Of a DNA stretch of 64,000 nucleotides, positions 49,103-62,400 are shown piece by piece. The stretch is from Raillietiella orientalis (Eukaryota), in assembly GCA_036172245.1 (NCBI GenBank), contig JAYWIR010000029.1, positions 124,001 to 188,000 on the forward strand. Reading direction: 5' to 3'. Both the position numbers and the translations under genes were made by a program. The notes under the pieces are model-generated. The model was not told the DNA's origin. It ran no database searches and saw nothing but the letters and a program-made list of their open reading frames with translations. Numbering within the stretch: the first letter of the stretch is position 1; each line of letters starts with the position of its first letter.

Positions 49103-49870
49103 GTCCGCGTTGGCGGCCGTGTGGCTACGTTCTCCATGCTAGGTACCAAGCATTGCGAGTTCGAATCCCATCTGGAGAAGGATGGACACCGAGAAATGGG
49201 TGCACCATGGGTTTCGAGTCCTCCCCGCAGGACGACGCTGATTGGCCTCTAGGATCCGGGTGCGGTACTGGTGGAAGCCGGAAACCGGATGCCCCCCGTT
49301 GACTAGCCTCCAGGATTGGAAGTTGACCCTCCGGAGTCCTTCCAGGATTAAGAAGCCGGTTTCCTTCAGGGTTCACCTCCGGTTGCGAAAATGGGGCCTT
49401 ACCGGCTCTTGGAAGGGACCCTCCATCGTGTACTATGGAGCTCGTTGTTACTCCCCCCTCAGAGGTTGACTTACCAGAGTGTCAGAAGCGCGCTGCTTCT
49501 TTCGGGGATTGCCTTTCAGAGAAACATGAAAGTGTCCTTTCGGGGTTCTCTTCAGAGAAGTAATAAGGAGCGGTTCCCTTGCAGGTTCCCAGGTTCCTTT
49601 CGAAAAGAAATTCAGGAGAGGGTCCTTTTCGGGTTCCCTTCGGAGAAGAAATGAGGAGCAATCTCCACAAACCGGGGGATCCCTCTGGAGAGAGTAAAAG
49701 ACTACCTTCAGAGTTTCCTTCGGTGACAACCAGGGCGAGGATTTCCTGCCAAGGACCTGAGGAATAGAATCCTTCCTCTAGAGCATTCTCGATATATAGG
49801 GTGGTCCTTCCGGGGTTACCTCCCTAACTTGAAGAGTTACAGGCACCCTCGGGTGACGTGGATAGTGTTT
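49103..49870 (+). mobile_element. tRNA-derived SINE-like element with a degenerate tandem-repeat body
   Basis: A-box-like TGGCGGCCGTGTGG at 49111 and B-box GTTCGAATCCC at 49159-49169. Anticodon-like stem ATGCT/AGCAT, but no intact cloverleaf. GC-richer than its flanks. The 3' end is approximate. Confidence 0.5.
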
Positions 49871-52800
49871 AAAGAGCCTTGTGAGTCCCATCTAAGGAGG
49901 CCCTTGAGTGCTTAGACAACAGCTCACTTGACTTTGGCTGATCAGCAACGAGATTTTGCGGAAACCGATAAGAGTGAAAAACAGCTTTAGGCTGTCTTCG
50001 GTCAAAACAGCTAGCTTTGGCTGAATCCAGGAGGTTGTTTTTAAAGCAGTGAAATTTTGTTGGAACTTCTCGCAATTTTTGAAATCAGGATAGACAACTT
50101 CCAAAGTCTACTCCATTTCATTTTGGATACTCAGTTACCAGTAAACACATTACACCAATTTTCGCTACCGTTTTCTGTGTTGGTGCTTCTCTCAAACGAA
50201 TCTCTAAATTACTGTTTTCATGTTTATCCATCCAATGAGATAAAAAACTCGTTTCAATTAAAAGATACTATGATATTCAGGGAAAGGAGGAGGCCTACAC
50301 ATGACGATTCCCTCGAAAAACGGATCTCATTTATTAAACATTGCCGGGGAACTAGAATCCCTTTCAAATTTTCAAGCTCTTGTGGCGACCAAATCCTCTG
50401 ATAGTGTTTTGCTTGGATTTAAACTTGTTTCCTATTTTTTGTTCTCCTTTACTGACAATGCCCAATCTCACTTTTCGGTTTTTATATGCCATGCACTATT
50501 AAACTATCATGCTTTTGACTTTGTGACGTAACCCCAGTGCAAAGTAATCTCCTTGAATATTTCTTAGCCGATAAATTGCTAATTTTTGGTTACTGTAAAC
50601 CCAGATATTGTGTTCGTGATCACAGGCCGCACGTGGCTGATGCTTCTAGATGCTCTTTTGGAATAGACTGGCCATCTTAGGCATCTAAGAGTTGAGCACA
50701 ACATAAGCATTCAATGAATCTTCACAAAGCTCTGTTGTTAATTTTAGAATGCCTTTGCAGTTGGTTCCTAGAGTACTCAGAGGTATAGATTTTTGCTCTT
50801 AGGGTCATAATTATTCATGAATAATGCAGAGTTGGGCTTTCACTTGATTTGTCCTATCTGAAAATGTAAAATATTTCTCCATTAATTTAAGTGCTTCATC
50901 GTCTGAGAAATCTTTACCATGTGGAAGTATGTTTTGACCCTTATATGCACTCAATGCGCACACTTGAAAAATGAGTTTTCCACATTTGGTTTCTTCTGTA
51001 CTACCATCGCAGCATCCTCCATTTGCGAACAAACGGAAGAAAAGAAATCATCTACCTGATCTTGAGGTTTTTTTGAAGCTTCCAGCAGTTGTTAGTTATG
51101 GCTTGCTGAATGTGTTCTTTCGATGCTATCTATCTTTTTTCGTTTCCAGATCGTCTTCTTTGAAATGTTTCCACGAATACTTTATTTCCGTGTTTATCAT
51201 TTGTATTTTTTTGGAGCACTGTGGCATGCTGGAATGCATATCCAACTTATAATTCTGAGATTTTAGAGTGTAGATGTTTTCGCATTTGTGGTACAATGCG
51301 CTTTTCTAATATATCTTCTGTAGAAACTTGGAATTAGTCTGGTCCATAATTTTTAAATATTTATCAAGACGTGTAATCAAATCATGATTGTCACTTGCTC
51401 TTGAAATTGAAACCAATGGGATTTCATTCTCTTTAATCCGAGGAGATCAGTAAGCGGCTAATAACGGAAAAACATGCTCAGCGATTGTGTGTTCTTGTTG
51501 TGTGCTTTTTCTTCTCGTAAAGTGAAAACACCTTTAAGAATCGAGGAAAGATTGGCCAGCGAAGTTGTTTGCTTTCCGTTTAAATCATTTTCCCCCCAAA
51601 TTATTAGCTTTTCCATGTAAAGCATCTTTCTTACCCCCTAGAGCAAACATTAAACACGAATGTTTCTCTGAAGCGAACTTTGCTAGAAATAGGCAATCTA
51701 GATTAGTGCTAGATAATTAATGTGGAATGTTACAAGCTCGAACAACACGAGAAAATGAAGGCTTTTAAAAATACGCATCGCTTACTTCCAAGAATCTGAA
51801 GCGATTTACCTTATAGGTATACTAAAAACCACACTGATTCCGAATTATCTAGAATGATGCTTCTGTCCGTCAGATGTTTGGCTGCTGCGGTTCCAGAATG
51901 AGGAAAATCATGGAGACTTTTTTTGGTTATATCCAAACAGATTGCAGCCACTCCCACTGAACATGGGAAAATAATAACTGGTTTCTTTCCTGGTCATAAA
52001 AAGCTGCTGGTCCAAAGGTCGAGTTTTGATTAGGAAACATCAGTTGTATTTGCAATCATTTGTTCTGTCTATCATACATGTGCTCTTTCCGAAAAGTATG
52101 AACTTTCCTGGAATTCATGGCTATGCTCGGATTTCTTGCTCTTTGAAAACTGCCTTTAGCTTCTTGTGTGATGCTGGATGTCAAACTGAGTTTTCTTTCT
52201 CGAGTTTCTTTTTAGGAAGAAAATATTGTTTGTTCCTTCCTCTTTTTGCCGGTTTCTATAAGAAACTGTTGATTTACGAAAGCTGAAAAACTTTCAGTTT
52301 CTAAATCAATATTGTGACATTTTGGTACTATGAAATCATTAGATCCACCTGTGATGACTCTGGTGTTGTCTCAGATGAAATACTTTTAGCCGACCCGCTT
52401 TCAGATTACGATTTTTTGTTCGAATCTTGAACAGAGGTTTACACGCTCTTCTGTTTGTCAGGCGATCCTTCTTCACGTTTCCCGACGTGCTTGGGAGCAC
52501 AGAAACGTCAGAATAATCTCCAGCCGCCAAGATATCAAAACTTACCATTACTACCGAATAAAAAGGCTGCATTTGACATGATAACGGGTATTTCTTAAAG
52601 GGATCCAAGCACTTTCCCCTGCGTATTTTTCAATTAACTCACGAAGTGGAATTCCAAGCTCTCCTTCATAATATTAATGAAATCTATTTCGTTCATGGTA
52701 TACCTCGCTAAAAAATCAAATTATAACGAAGATAATGTATGGCTAAGCTATTGAAATCCTTGAATTTTACTAAGCTGATGGAGCACCGTAATTTATGCAC

Positions 52801-53363
52801 CACCTAAATTGATGTGCAGAGCATTATTATTTCCTCGATATTGCTGTGCCACCCCCAAAGATGAGGATGCTGGAAAAGCAGTGCGGAAACTGAAACCTCC
52901 AGAGTAAGAATTGACTGGAGCGTGTGAATCTTCCAAAATTAAGAGCATTCCACGTTTCTAGACTTTTCCTGTAACCACGCTTTGGTGGTATGGAAGTAAT
53001 GGATTATTCCTAAATAAATAGACCTTTCTCCAATCCTAGAGAGATTGCGTTCGTGTTCCGTCGATAAGACCTCCATCAGGTTTTCGTGCATCATGCACGT
53101 GAACTGCTTGTCTTCAGTTCACGTGCCTTTTTGCTATGTGCATCATGCCAAAGATTTTTTTCTGTAGAGTGCGTTCCCACCAAGCATTTTATTCAATGTA
53201 CATGAAAATGAGTGAGGAAACTTTCATAATTCGTCCATATTTTTGGCCTCCCAGCGATCTCACGCACAGGAAAAAAAAGTGTCCATTCATTAGCGAAGTA
53301 AAAAACGAATTTGTGTTATCTCTTTTCCTTTATTCTGCTGCAAGTCGTGGCATGTATCAATTC

Positions 53364-53383
53364 ATATATATATATATATATAT
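53364..53383. repeat. (AT)10 microsatellite
   Basis: Read directly. Confidence 0.9.
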
Positions 53384-55819
53384 GAATATATCATTATCTT
53401 AACTGAGCATCTTATCTCAACTCAGCTACTAGACACAGACATTCGTTGGAGCAGGGCTTCCATCTTTTTTCCCTTATTTATTGAATCGATACGCCAAATC
53501 TTTCCAGTTCAGTTCCAATAGTGAGTGTCCATTTACCTAGGTAAGAACACTTTTCAAAATGGCTCTGCTGGATTTTTCAATGAAGTAGTTGCAAAAGTGA
53601 TTCGTTTGTCGGCCAAGGTTTGCTGCAACTTCGATTGACGGTCCAAAGTTTTAGTGCCAAGAGTCACTGAAGGGAACAACCATGACGTTCATTTTCTATG
53701 CATTCGAAGATCATACGCTTATTTTCCTACTTTAAATACTTCTCATTTCTATGCGCTCCTTAAACTACAAAAACGAAATAAAGTTCAAGTTCGGAGACTT
53801 TAATGGCTTGGAACTTAGAGATCTGTTTTGAACTACTTAATCAGTGTTGAGTTTTTGCACCCATTAATCATACTGTTTTTCTCATCATTTCATACTTCAT
53901 TACCTTATAATAAGCATAGGATGCTGGAGCTGAGATTTACTATTGCAGATTACATTGAGATGCTGCAATTTATCATGAGCTGTTTGTTTTCGGCGATTTA
54001 ATGAATGCATAGGAATGTGAACACTTTCTTCTCATGTTTAAAGTTTTGCAGTTGAATACATTTCATAGCACGATTATTAATTGAAGGAATAACCACTCGT
54101 AAATAGAATTTCAATGAAAATAACGAAGTAAACAAACTGTAAATAATAAATCCTGTTGTTCACTTTATACTTTAACCATTCATGTTTTCTACTACTGTTT
54201 TATTTCCTTTGACTGCGCTTTTTTTCTTTTTGGCTTGCTTTTGCGTTCATCGATCACATCTCGTGCAGGAAAAAAGGCCAAGTCCTCTTACTGGCACCAC
54301 TGAGTAATTTTTATTCTTGAATCTAAAAGCCTTTCCTATGTGGAGCTGCGCATCCAAGATTTTCGAGTACACTGTCCTCTGGAGTGTGTCTTTTATGTGT
54401 GTGCTTTAACAGAAAAGTCCATTCCTTCTATCTGTTTCAGATGGATCAATAAATGAAGTTTCCTGTTAAATCCTTGTATGGAGTTTGATTCAAGTACGTA
54501 AGAAACCAATGCCACTTTCATATCTATTAAGCACTATTAGCTGCTCTCAAAGGAACATTAGTTTATTCTTTTACAACAGTACTTCGCAACATTTGGCTGT
54601 AAAGGAGTTCAATATTGAGAGTAGCCATAGAATTCTATGTGTGCTTCATTTGGGAAATGCATTTTCTTGAATTGTCAACTTGCCAAGTCATTGAGATCAT
54701 TCGTAGGATCTTAAAAAAAAATTCCATATGACTGCTAAGATCACTGATTCCTTGAACATGCGCTCTCGAGAGATATAGCCTTCTGCAGCCTCATAAAACA
54801 CTTCACACTTTTTCCAAATGTCTTTTATAGAAGTATCATTTGCATTACTACAAAAACATTTAGAAAAAGAAACATGGAATTCCAGGTTCGAACAAAAATC
54901 ATTGTCAACTTCAATTTTATGAAATTCTTGAGATGTCGTTGTCACTTTAACTTTTTTCCATTACGTATCTAAACAGAATTGACATTCACTGCAGCTCTGC
55001 TCACATGCTCGCCACCATTAATAGGCTTCAATGTTACCACCTTTTCGATGTTATCAAATGACTTTTGTACGTCGTCTGTTAATGAACGAGTTTCAATTCA
55101 TTGTTTCTTCTTTGATGCCACATTTCCATCTTTTGGTACAGAGCTCATTAGCATTGCACTTATAGCAACTGCTTCCAACTTATGATCAAGTTTTCACGCT
55201 TTTAAATTAATAAATGAATTTGGAGGGTTTGGAGTCGATACAATCGATGACGCCTTCGCTATGGAATGAATACACCTCCACTTATTTCGATGCGTTTCCA
55301 AGAGATGTGTAGGTCAATTATACAGACGTTGTGGTTAATCACTACAATTTTTTTTTCTTTCCAGAGTTGTCAAATATTTTTGCATTTTTGAACTCATCTT
55401 CAATTCCTTTTTGTCTTTCCAAAAGCAATTCTCGACTTATGCAGACTACTCCTTTAAATAATTCCCTCATTCTTTTGAATTTCAGGCATCTATGACTTCT
55501 GAATCTTTTCTTTCATTTATATTTATCTTCTTGGTCACTGACAGTAATTACTTGCACTCTCAGCACAATGCTGATTATATGAAAGACGAAAATGATCAAG
55601 AAGCTGCTGACAGGTTTAGCTTTCTCTGCAGTTGATGCACGGTACATGTAGATGGCATTGTGGTCTACTATTCGTTTCTCGATAGCATACAAACAGCAGT
55701 TTTAAGCAGCTGTTTGGTAGCAGCACGAACTTCGCTTCTTTATTAGATCCTATTAAGATTTTTTGTTTGTCTGTATTAGACGAGCGGTTTCCAGAAAAAG
55801 AGCATCACGGTTCCTTAGG

Positions 55820-56450
55820 ATTCACTTTTTTGCATTGTTTTCTTCCGTGAATTAATCTATTCCTACTTCAGATATCTCTCTAATCAAGAATGTCAACCCT
55901 CCTGTTAATTAGGTTTTCAATAGGGCAAAGGAATTGGAAAAAAGTTTCTTGGAAATTCATCTCTCTGAACACGCTGCTCAGCAATCTGAAGGAACTCCGT
56001 TGGAAGTGACGGCTACGTGCGTTTCGGTTGTCCTGAGAGAGGAGGTGAAATTCGACAAATCCATTCAATGGTCCCGAGGGGATTCTACAGCATGCATCTC
56101 AAGTTTCTCTCCTCCATGAAAGCTCTTGCTCATCACCTCGAGATTCAATTGTGTTCTCTCTCATGAACACTTTAAGTGTCCATGCACATCTGCGGAAGCA
56201 GCAATCTTGAAGCACCATTCCAATCTGTCGAGTGCGGTATTGCACATTTCCACGAGATACATTCCTCGAAAGGATCGCTGTAGTTTTGCTGAGAAAACGG
56301 AAGAATCTTTTAAGGATTTTTCCTGAGGGACCGGAGCCTCTGAATAGTAACCAATGTCCACGTGACGTGAACCTAATTCGTTCAGGGATTCCTGGATCAT
56401 GTAATGCTTGAGTGCTCCTCTGAAAACGCGGCAGAACATAATGTGACGTT
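55820..56450 (-). mobile_element. Possible decayed hAT transposase C-terminal remnant
   Basis: FRGMYLVEMCNTALDRLEWCF resembles the hAT 'Y..Y...D.....L..RF' segment. Heavily disrupted. Confidence 0.3.
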
Positions 56451-59400
56451 TTCATTGCATTCTGAAGTTTTCAGCAGACTTTGATGCAAATTTTTCCTGA
56501 CGAATCGTATAGTAGGATTAATAGATCTGGATTTTTTAGACCCTTCTGTAGGGGAGAAGTAAACTAGGGTTCATGAATATCACAGGCAGGCATTCAATAT
56601 TGCATGCTGTTACAGATTTGTCGGGATAGTTCCACTATTTCCTGGGAAAACACCTTTTTCAAAGAACGCGCACCTCGATTCCGAGATGTTCTTGGGGCCA
56701 TTAACATGGATTCTTTCGAAAATCATTCCTTTGAAAAATACACCGTGAACAAATCTGGATGTAATAGGCTGTTACGTCGCTTGAAAGAGACGAGAACCAA
56801 GTTGAAAAAAATCAATACTAATCATGGATAAAAAAATAGATTCAAGAGAACTGGCGCCATAACTTTATCCCAGTCATCTAAGATCCGAGGCAATTGTAAT
56901 TTTTCCATGTCCTCACAAGCGTTCTGTAGTTGAGAAACTGCAAGTCAGCACTAGACTCTTGGACACCACCCATTAACTAAGTTATTTCCAAACTGCTTCG
57001 ATTGGCAACTGAACTTCACGAGTTCTTCTTGAGATGGTTCATTCCTGACAGCATCATCTGTCTAGCAGGTTCTATTTCCATTAATAACTCCATTTATTCT
57101 TCTTTTTTTGTATTGGGAATTAAGCCACCACGTAATTGCAGCGTGAGTTTTTCAGAGCATCACAACATCCCAACAAGAACAGACATGCATCAATAGGTTT
57201 CTTTTTTTCGCAGTTTCGAAGGACAACATCTCACAGTTTAAAAAGATTATTTCTTTCTTCCGACATTTACCGCGTTTTTTCTGAGCACTGTTGACGCTTC
57301 TGTCTAAGTATATTGATACAAGCAAGCACCAGATCCTTGTCCAGGAGACCGTTTTGACAATGACGAGAGATGAAACCAAGAGAAACCGGAGAAGAACTAA
57401 GCAACGAAAGGACGGTACAATTTTCCATGCCCACATCTTGTGAGAGTTTCGTCTCCATAGCACGGCAAACCCAAGGCATCATCCGGGACGGCTGGCATCG
57501 ACTCCGCCAACAGAAAACGAGCTTCGAGAGATCCCCTCGAGATATCTCATAAATTTGCATGAATGTTGAGTGGAAGAGGATTCCGTTAGGGATCAAGCGC
57601 TTCTATTTTTACATGTTGATGAGCGCTCACCTTTATTTTGCTGGTATCAGAACTGAACGAATTACCAGATCTTCTCTGCTTTCGTTAATACTCTTCATCT
57701 ACAGTGGTTATCCCTTATTCTAGTCTTCCAAAAATGGCTCTACGAACACTACATGTCTCTATGGCTGCGTTTCTGGCAACATATAAATAACAGGATTGGA
57801 TCTCCGGATACTCACTTCGGTCTTCTTGCTACTCTTTTGTGTGTTTCCTGTTGCTAATGGCACTGTAAGTAGATGTTCGGAAAATTCCCTGTTTCTGTTG
57901 ACCCAGTTGCTTGAAATGCATTCCTGGGTGCTTAGGAGGCAAATTTAAAATATCCCTCTTAACAAGGATATCAAGGAACGCTCTTGAAGTTTTTTTTACT
58001 GTCTGTTCACCTCCGAGAGAAAATCGATCTTTTCAAAGATGAATATTCATTTCCCTTAATTGTGCATTTGTATATTGAAACGTGTGTCTCTTGCTGATGT
58101 TCTTATACAATTGACTTTTGTTATGGAGTGCTGACACTGTGTGGCACCGTTTCCAAAAACTCAAGAAGAAGAGTTGAAAGTTTCTTCGCGCGTACTATTT
58201 CGATGGGAAGGGAGTTGAGCTTCGAGAAAAAACAGCACGAGGACTGCATGCTCTGAAAGACTGGGCAACCGGAGGCGGGAAGCTTGATCGAGCAGTGCGT
58301 GGGAGGGTGTGACCGTTTCGTGGAGCGTGCACGGAAAAACCATTCCTCCTGAATCAACAGAATCAGATCACTCTGCGCGTCTCAGGTGTTTCTGATGCAG
58401 GCAGGAGTTCCTTCAATAGGAACGCGTTGTTTCAACTCCTGTTCCATTCAGCTGTTCCCATTACCCTGAGGATTTTTTTTCCTTTCTGTGTGTGTTTCCT
58501 ATAATATACCAGGCGCCTCCTCCTTATTAAACGGTTTGGTTTAACTTCGTTTGAACTAGCAAATTCCAATTTTGAATACTCGTGGGAGAGATCGACAGCA
58601 CAGAAACAAACAATTTTATTTTGTCATTGGCTCGTTCTATTCGCTTTATGCACTGACAGTCTAATGACAAAAATCCAATTAGTTGAAAGGAACCATGAAT
58701 TCATCTCATCGAATACTTTTTCTCTCCGGAAGAAGATGTCTTCTGTTATAGACGACGTGTTTTCCCTATGCGAACTTTGCACCTCGACTCACGCTCCATT
58801 CCTCCCTCCTATAGAAGAGCAAAGCCAATCTTGCAATAGTTTTGCAGCTTTTCAAACATTGTAATTTTCTCACATCTCGAAATGATGGGTGTCGAACGGG
58901 GTGCAGATCGTCGGCATTTTAAGTCAGTAGAAGCAGTTCTTCAGTACGAATTTTTCAGAAATGGGAATAAAGCTCCGTCCAAAAAACTTGAAAATCCGAG
59001 TTTGCAGCAGTTTTGTGTATCAACGTTTTTCCTGCGGTTCTGCTTCTTGTTCTTTTCGCTCCAGAAAACTTGCAGTGAACTCGAAGACGATATGGGGGAA
59101 TGTTTGCGCTTTCGGTGTTGAAGTGGTAGAAAAAAGCCTGTCGGAAACCGGTCATTAGGAAAATATCAATTGCATAGATTCGTCCAAGGGTCCAGTTGCG
59201 AACAAGGAGTAACATCTGGGACAAATCTGACGAAAACTTCCCCAAAGTCGAAGGCTGCATTCCGGACTGATATTATGTTTTATTGGTATAGAGTGATTAC
59301 AATGGTGGTTACAATTCTGAATCAGCTATTCAAGTTCATCAATTTTCTATTAAAAAAAGGAAGCCGATTCCGTAGGTGAGTCAGACCTTGATTGAATTCG

Positions 59401-62400
59401 TGTCTTGACTGGAAATATTTCCAGTTATCCGATGATTTCTTCTAGATAAATGGAAAAAATGCATGCAGATTAATAATTTTTTTTTTTTTGGGTGCGATGC
59501 TTTCTTGCTAAACAACTTTGAGTGGAGATCATTCTCATTCTCAGACTAAACACTTCCGATCTTCCTTCTTTCATAATTTTATTCCCTTTCGATCATTTGC
59601 AGCATCTGGTGCATGCTGTGTCACTTATCTGTTCGTAAGAATTTTGATACGAATCAGTTTCCTCTTTTCATCCAGTAAGCCTAGCGGAAACTTAATGCTC
59701 CTCTTTGGAATTTTTTCCATTCTCATTCGAGAATTGGAAAGAAATTCAAGTTCGAATTCGGGAGTTGATTTTCTTAGTTCCGATAAGTCCTTTCTTATGC
59801 AGTTTCCAGTGGGTTCGACATGGAGGTAAGCTGTATCATTGGATAGGATGGAAAATAGAGAATCTTCCTCGAAGATGAAAGTTTGTCTGCCAATCGTCAC
59901 CACTATGACTTAAACAGGATCATCCTCAGGCATCTTTTCCGGCTTGCATCTCCTTTAAGCTCTAAAGATCTCTTCGTTAGAGATTCTGAGACCGCATAAA
60001 ATGCATTGTTCGCTCCTCCTTTTCTTCCCTGACCACGAGTGTTTACATCATCTCACTGCCTGGGGACGAGTGGAGCTTCTCCGAAGCTCTATATTCCCTA
60101 GAATTGAGACAGAAATCCCTTTGCTTACCTGCGAGCCACTGGTCGTGGTTTCGTCCCCATGCTTCTCATCTGAGAAGCAGCTGAGTCGTTCTCCGTCATT
60201 CCCAGGGATGCTCCGAAGAGTTCCGGATCTTCGAGAAGACGTTCCCATCTCACTGAAGAACAGAAATCCTTTCAGTCTCGAAGCACTGGATAGAATTCGG
60301 ACCCTGCACATGAGAAAGGAGGATGCGATGAGGTGTGGAGTTTCCTGCTTTCTGGATGAAAGACTTCCTCCTCGATGATCTGCAATATGTGCTTTCCAGG
60401 AGAAAAATGTCACTTTGCTGTTATAGCTTTCGGGAGAGACAAGTCCAACTCTTCACCCTTCACGTCGAGGGGATGCGCCTCAGCATTTCCTCTACACATG
60501 ATCGCCTTCTCGCCTCTTGTATCGGAAGCATCCTTCTTTGAACCAGCGATAGGCGATTCTCGCGGCTGTTCCTTCCTTTTCAAAAAAATGAGACTATAGG
60601 TTTCCCTCTTGAAAAAGGGATCTATGAGTTCTGGCATGGACGGCGAGATGCAACGCCGTTTCTGGGAGAAAGGAGCCACTGCATCTAGCCTCTTCCTAGA
60701 TCTGCAGGTGCAAGTTCCAGGCACTAGGACCCGGGACATCACCTATTCGAAAGTGAGGAATCTCCAGAGAGTGTGAATCTCGGTCTACGGCAAGCTAAGG
60801 TTCGAAAGTGAGACGGGGAATTCTTGCGAAACGAAACGGAGATTGGCAAGGTGAAACACAGCTAGTGCGCTCGTGTACGCTCGCGCATCCAGCATTCTCA
60901 GTCAGCCGAGGCTCGGTTTGTCGGTTGCATCCTTCTTCTTCTCTTCTTCTCCTTCCTCTTTTTGTTTCCACTTCTTCCAGGTGCATTCCTCTATCTGTGA
61001 TTGGGTCCTAAGCCACATCATTCTTGAGAAAGCAATCTCGGCGGAGATCAACCCCGATACGTGATTCATCGCAATTCTGTTATTCAGATCCTCTCCTTCG
61101 ACGGCGCTCTCATGATCCGGAGATCTTTCGTCTCCATGGACCTCGCGTTACGAGATCCTCCTTCCCTTGCGTGCGAGAGCGAGCAGCCCAAGCAGCCCCG
61201 CTCTTCAGAAGGGGAAGTGGGAGGAGGTTCCGCTCTCGTGAAGCTGTCTCGGAGAGCAGAGCAGTCAGACTCCACTCGAGAAACGCATGAACTCTTAGTG
61301 TTCGGATCCGATGCCTTCGATTCCATCTGCTATTGCTCCTTTGCAGCTTCCGAATCATCGTTATCCGCAGTAGCTAACGATCGCTGCGATCCGCTAACGG
61401 ACCCAGCTGTGGTGGTGGACGCGGTGGCATGCGAGGCAGGCAGAGGAAGTACTCACCCTTCCCTCCTGTGATCTCCATGACTGGCGGTATCGTTATACCG
61501 CTGCCTTGCCCCACTCGAAGCGCTGCAGAGTCGAAACCTGCGCGGAGATGCAGTGAAAGGCTGGACGTGTTGGGGGAAGGCAAGGAAGAGGGGAAGCAAG
61601 AAAGCAGGGCACGAACATCGGCTTCAGTTCCTCATTTTCTCCCGCGACCGAGGAACTTGAAGCTGCAACATCATTTGGAATGAAGGGAAGCTGATACCAC
61701 AGCTCCCTCTTCCCAGTCCCTCGTGCGGATTGGTCTGGTTTCACTGAGAACCGAACTCCCCATGAGACTTTACCGTCGGGGTTCGCTTTCATGGTGATGG
61801 GGAGAGACGCATAGGGCGAAATAGCTCTTTCTCTCTCGGAGGAGTGTGCTCGTGAAGCCGCAGCCCACTCGAAGCAGCATCCCTAGCACCGTCACATGAA
61901 CGAGAATCCTCTCGCTCGCGCGACGTTTTCGAGTTCAAACCTGCCCCCGGCGGAACGTGGGTCCTCGAATCTGGAGAATCTAAGGAGTTCTTCATCGGAG
62001 AGAGAAGGGACTCTTTCCGAAGATGTTTGACTTTCAATCTTGTGGGATGCCCGGTCTCTATTCCATGTGTCTCTTTTTTGTTCACCATAGGTCCCATCCG
62101 CTGACTTCAACCGTCCTTTCGCGTTCAGATGGACTCCTAGCGACTCTTCCGGATTTTTTTCCTCGAAGGAAACCAGCTTCTACTTTCAGTCATTCAGAGA
62201 GGACTCTCGACAGTGAGGCTCGACCCTTAATGAGGCTCGACGGAACGATGAACGCTTGCTCGCCTGCGGTGTGTGAGTCCTTGTACCCGCCAGCATACAG
62301 GAATCTACAGCACACGGCTCATGAAGAGATGATGCGTATGCATATACGAATTTTCCGCCTCCTTGTTTCTTAGGGAAAGTCATCTCCAGCCAACGATTCA

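Noticed and set aside
49103..49180. Functional tRNA gene
   Set aside because: The acceptor and T stems do not pair and the anticodon loop is 8 nt. Only promoter-like boxes remain.
49490..49730. CRISPR-like repeat/spacer array
   Set aside because: Repeats are short and degenerate, the context is eukaryotic and there are no cas genes.
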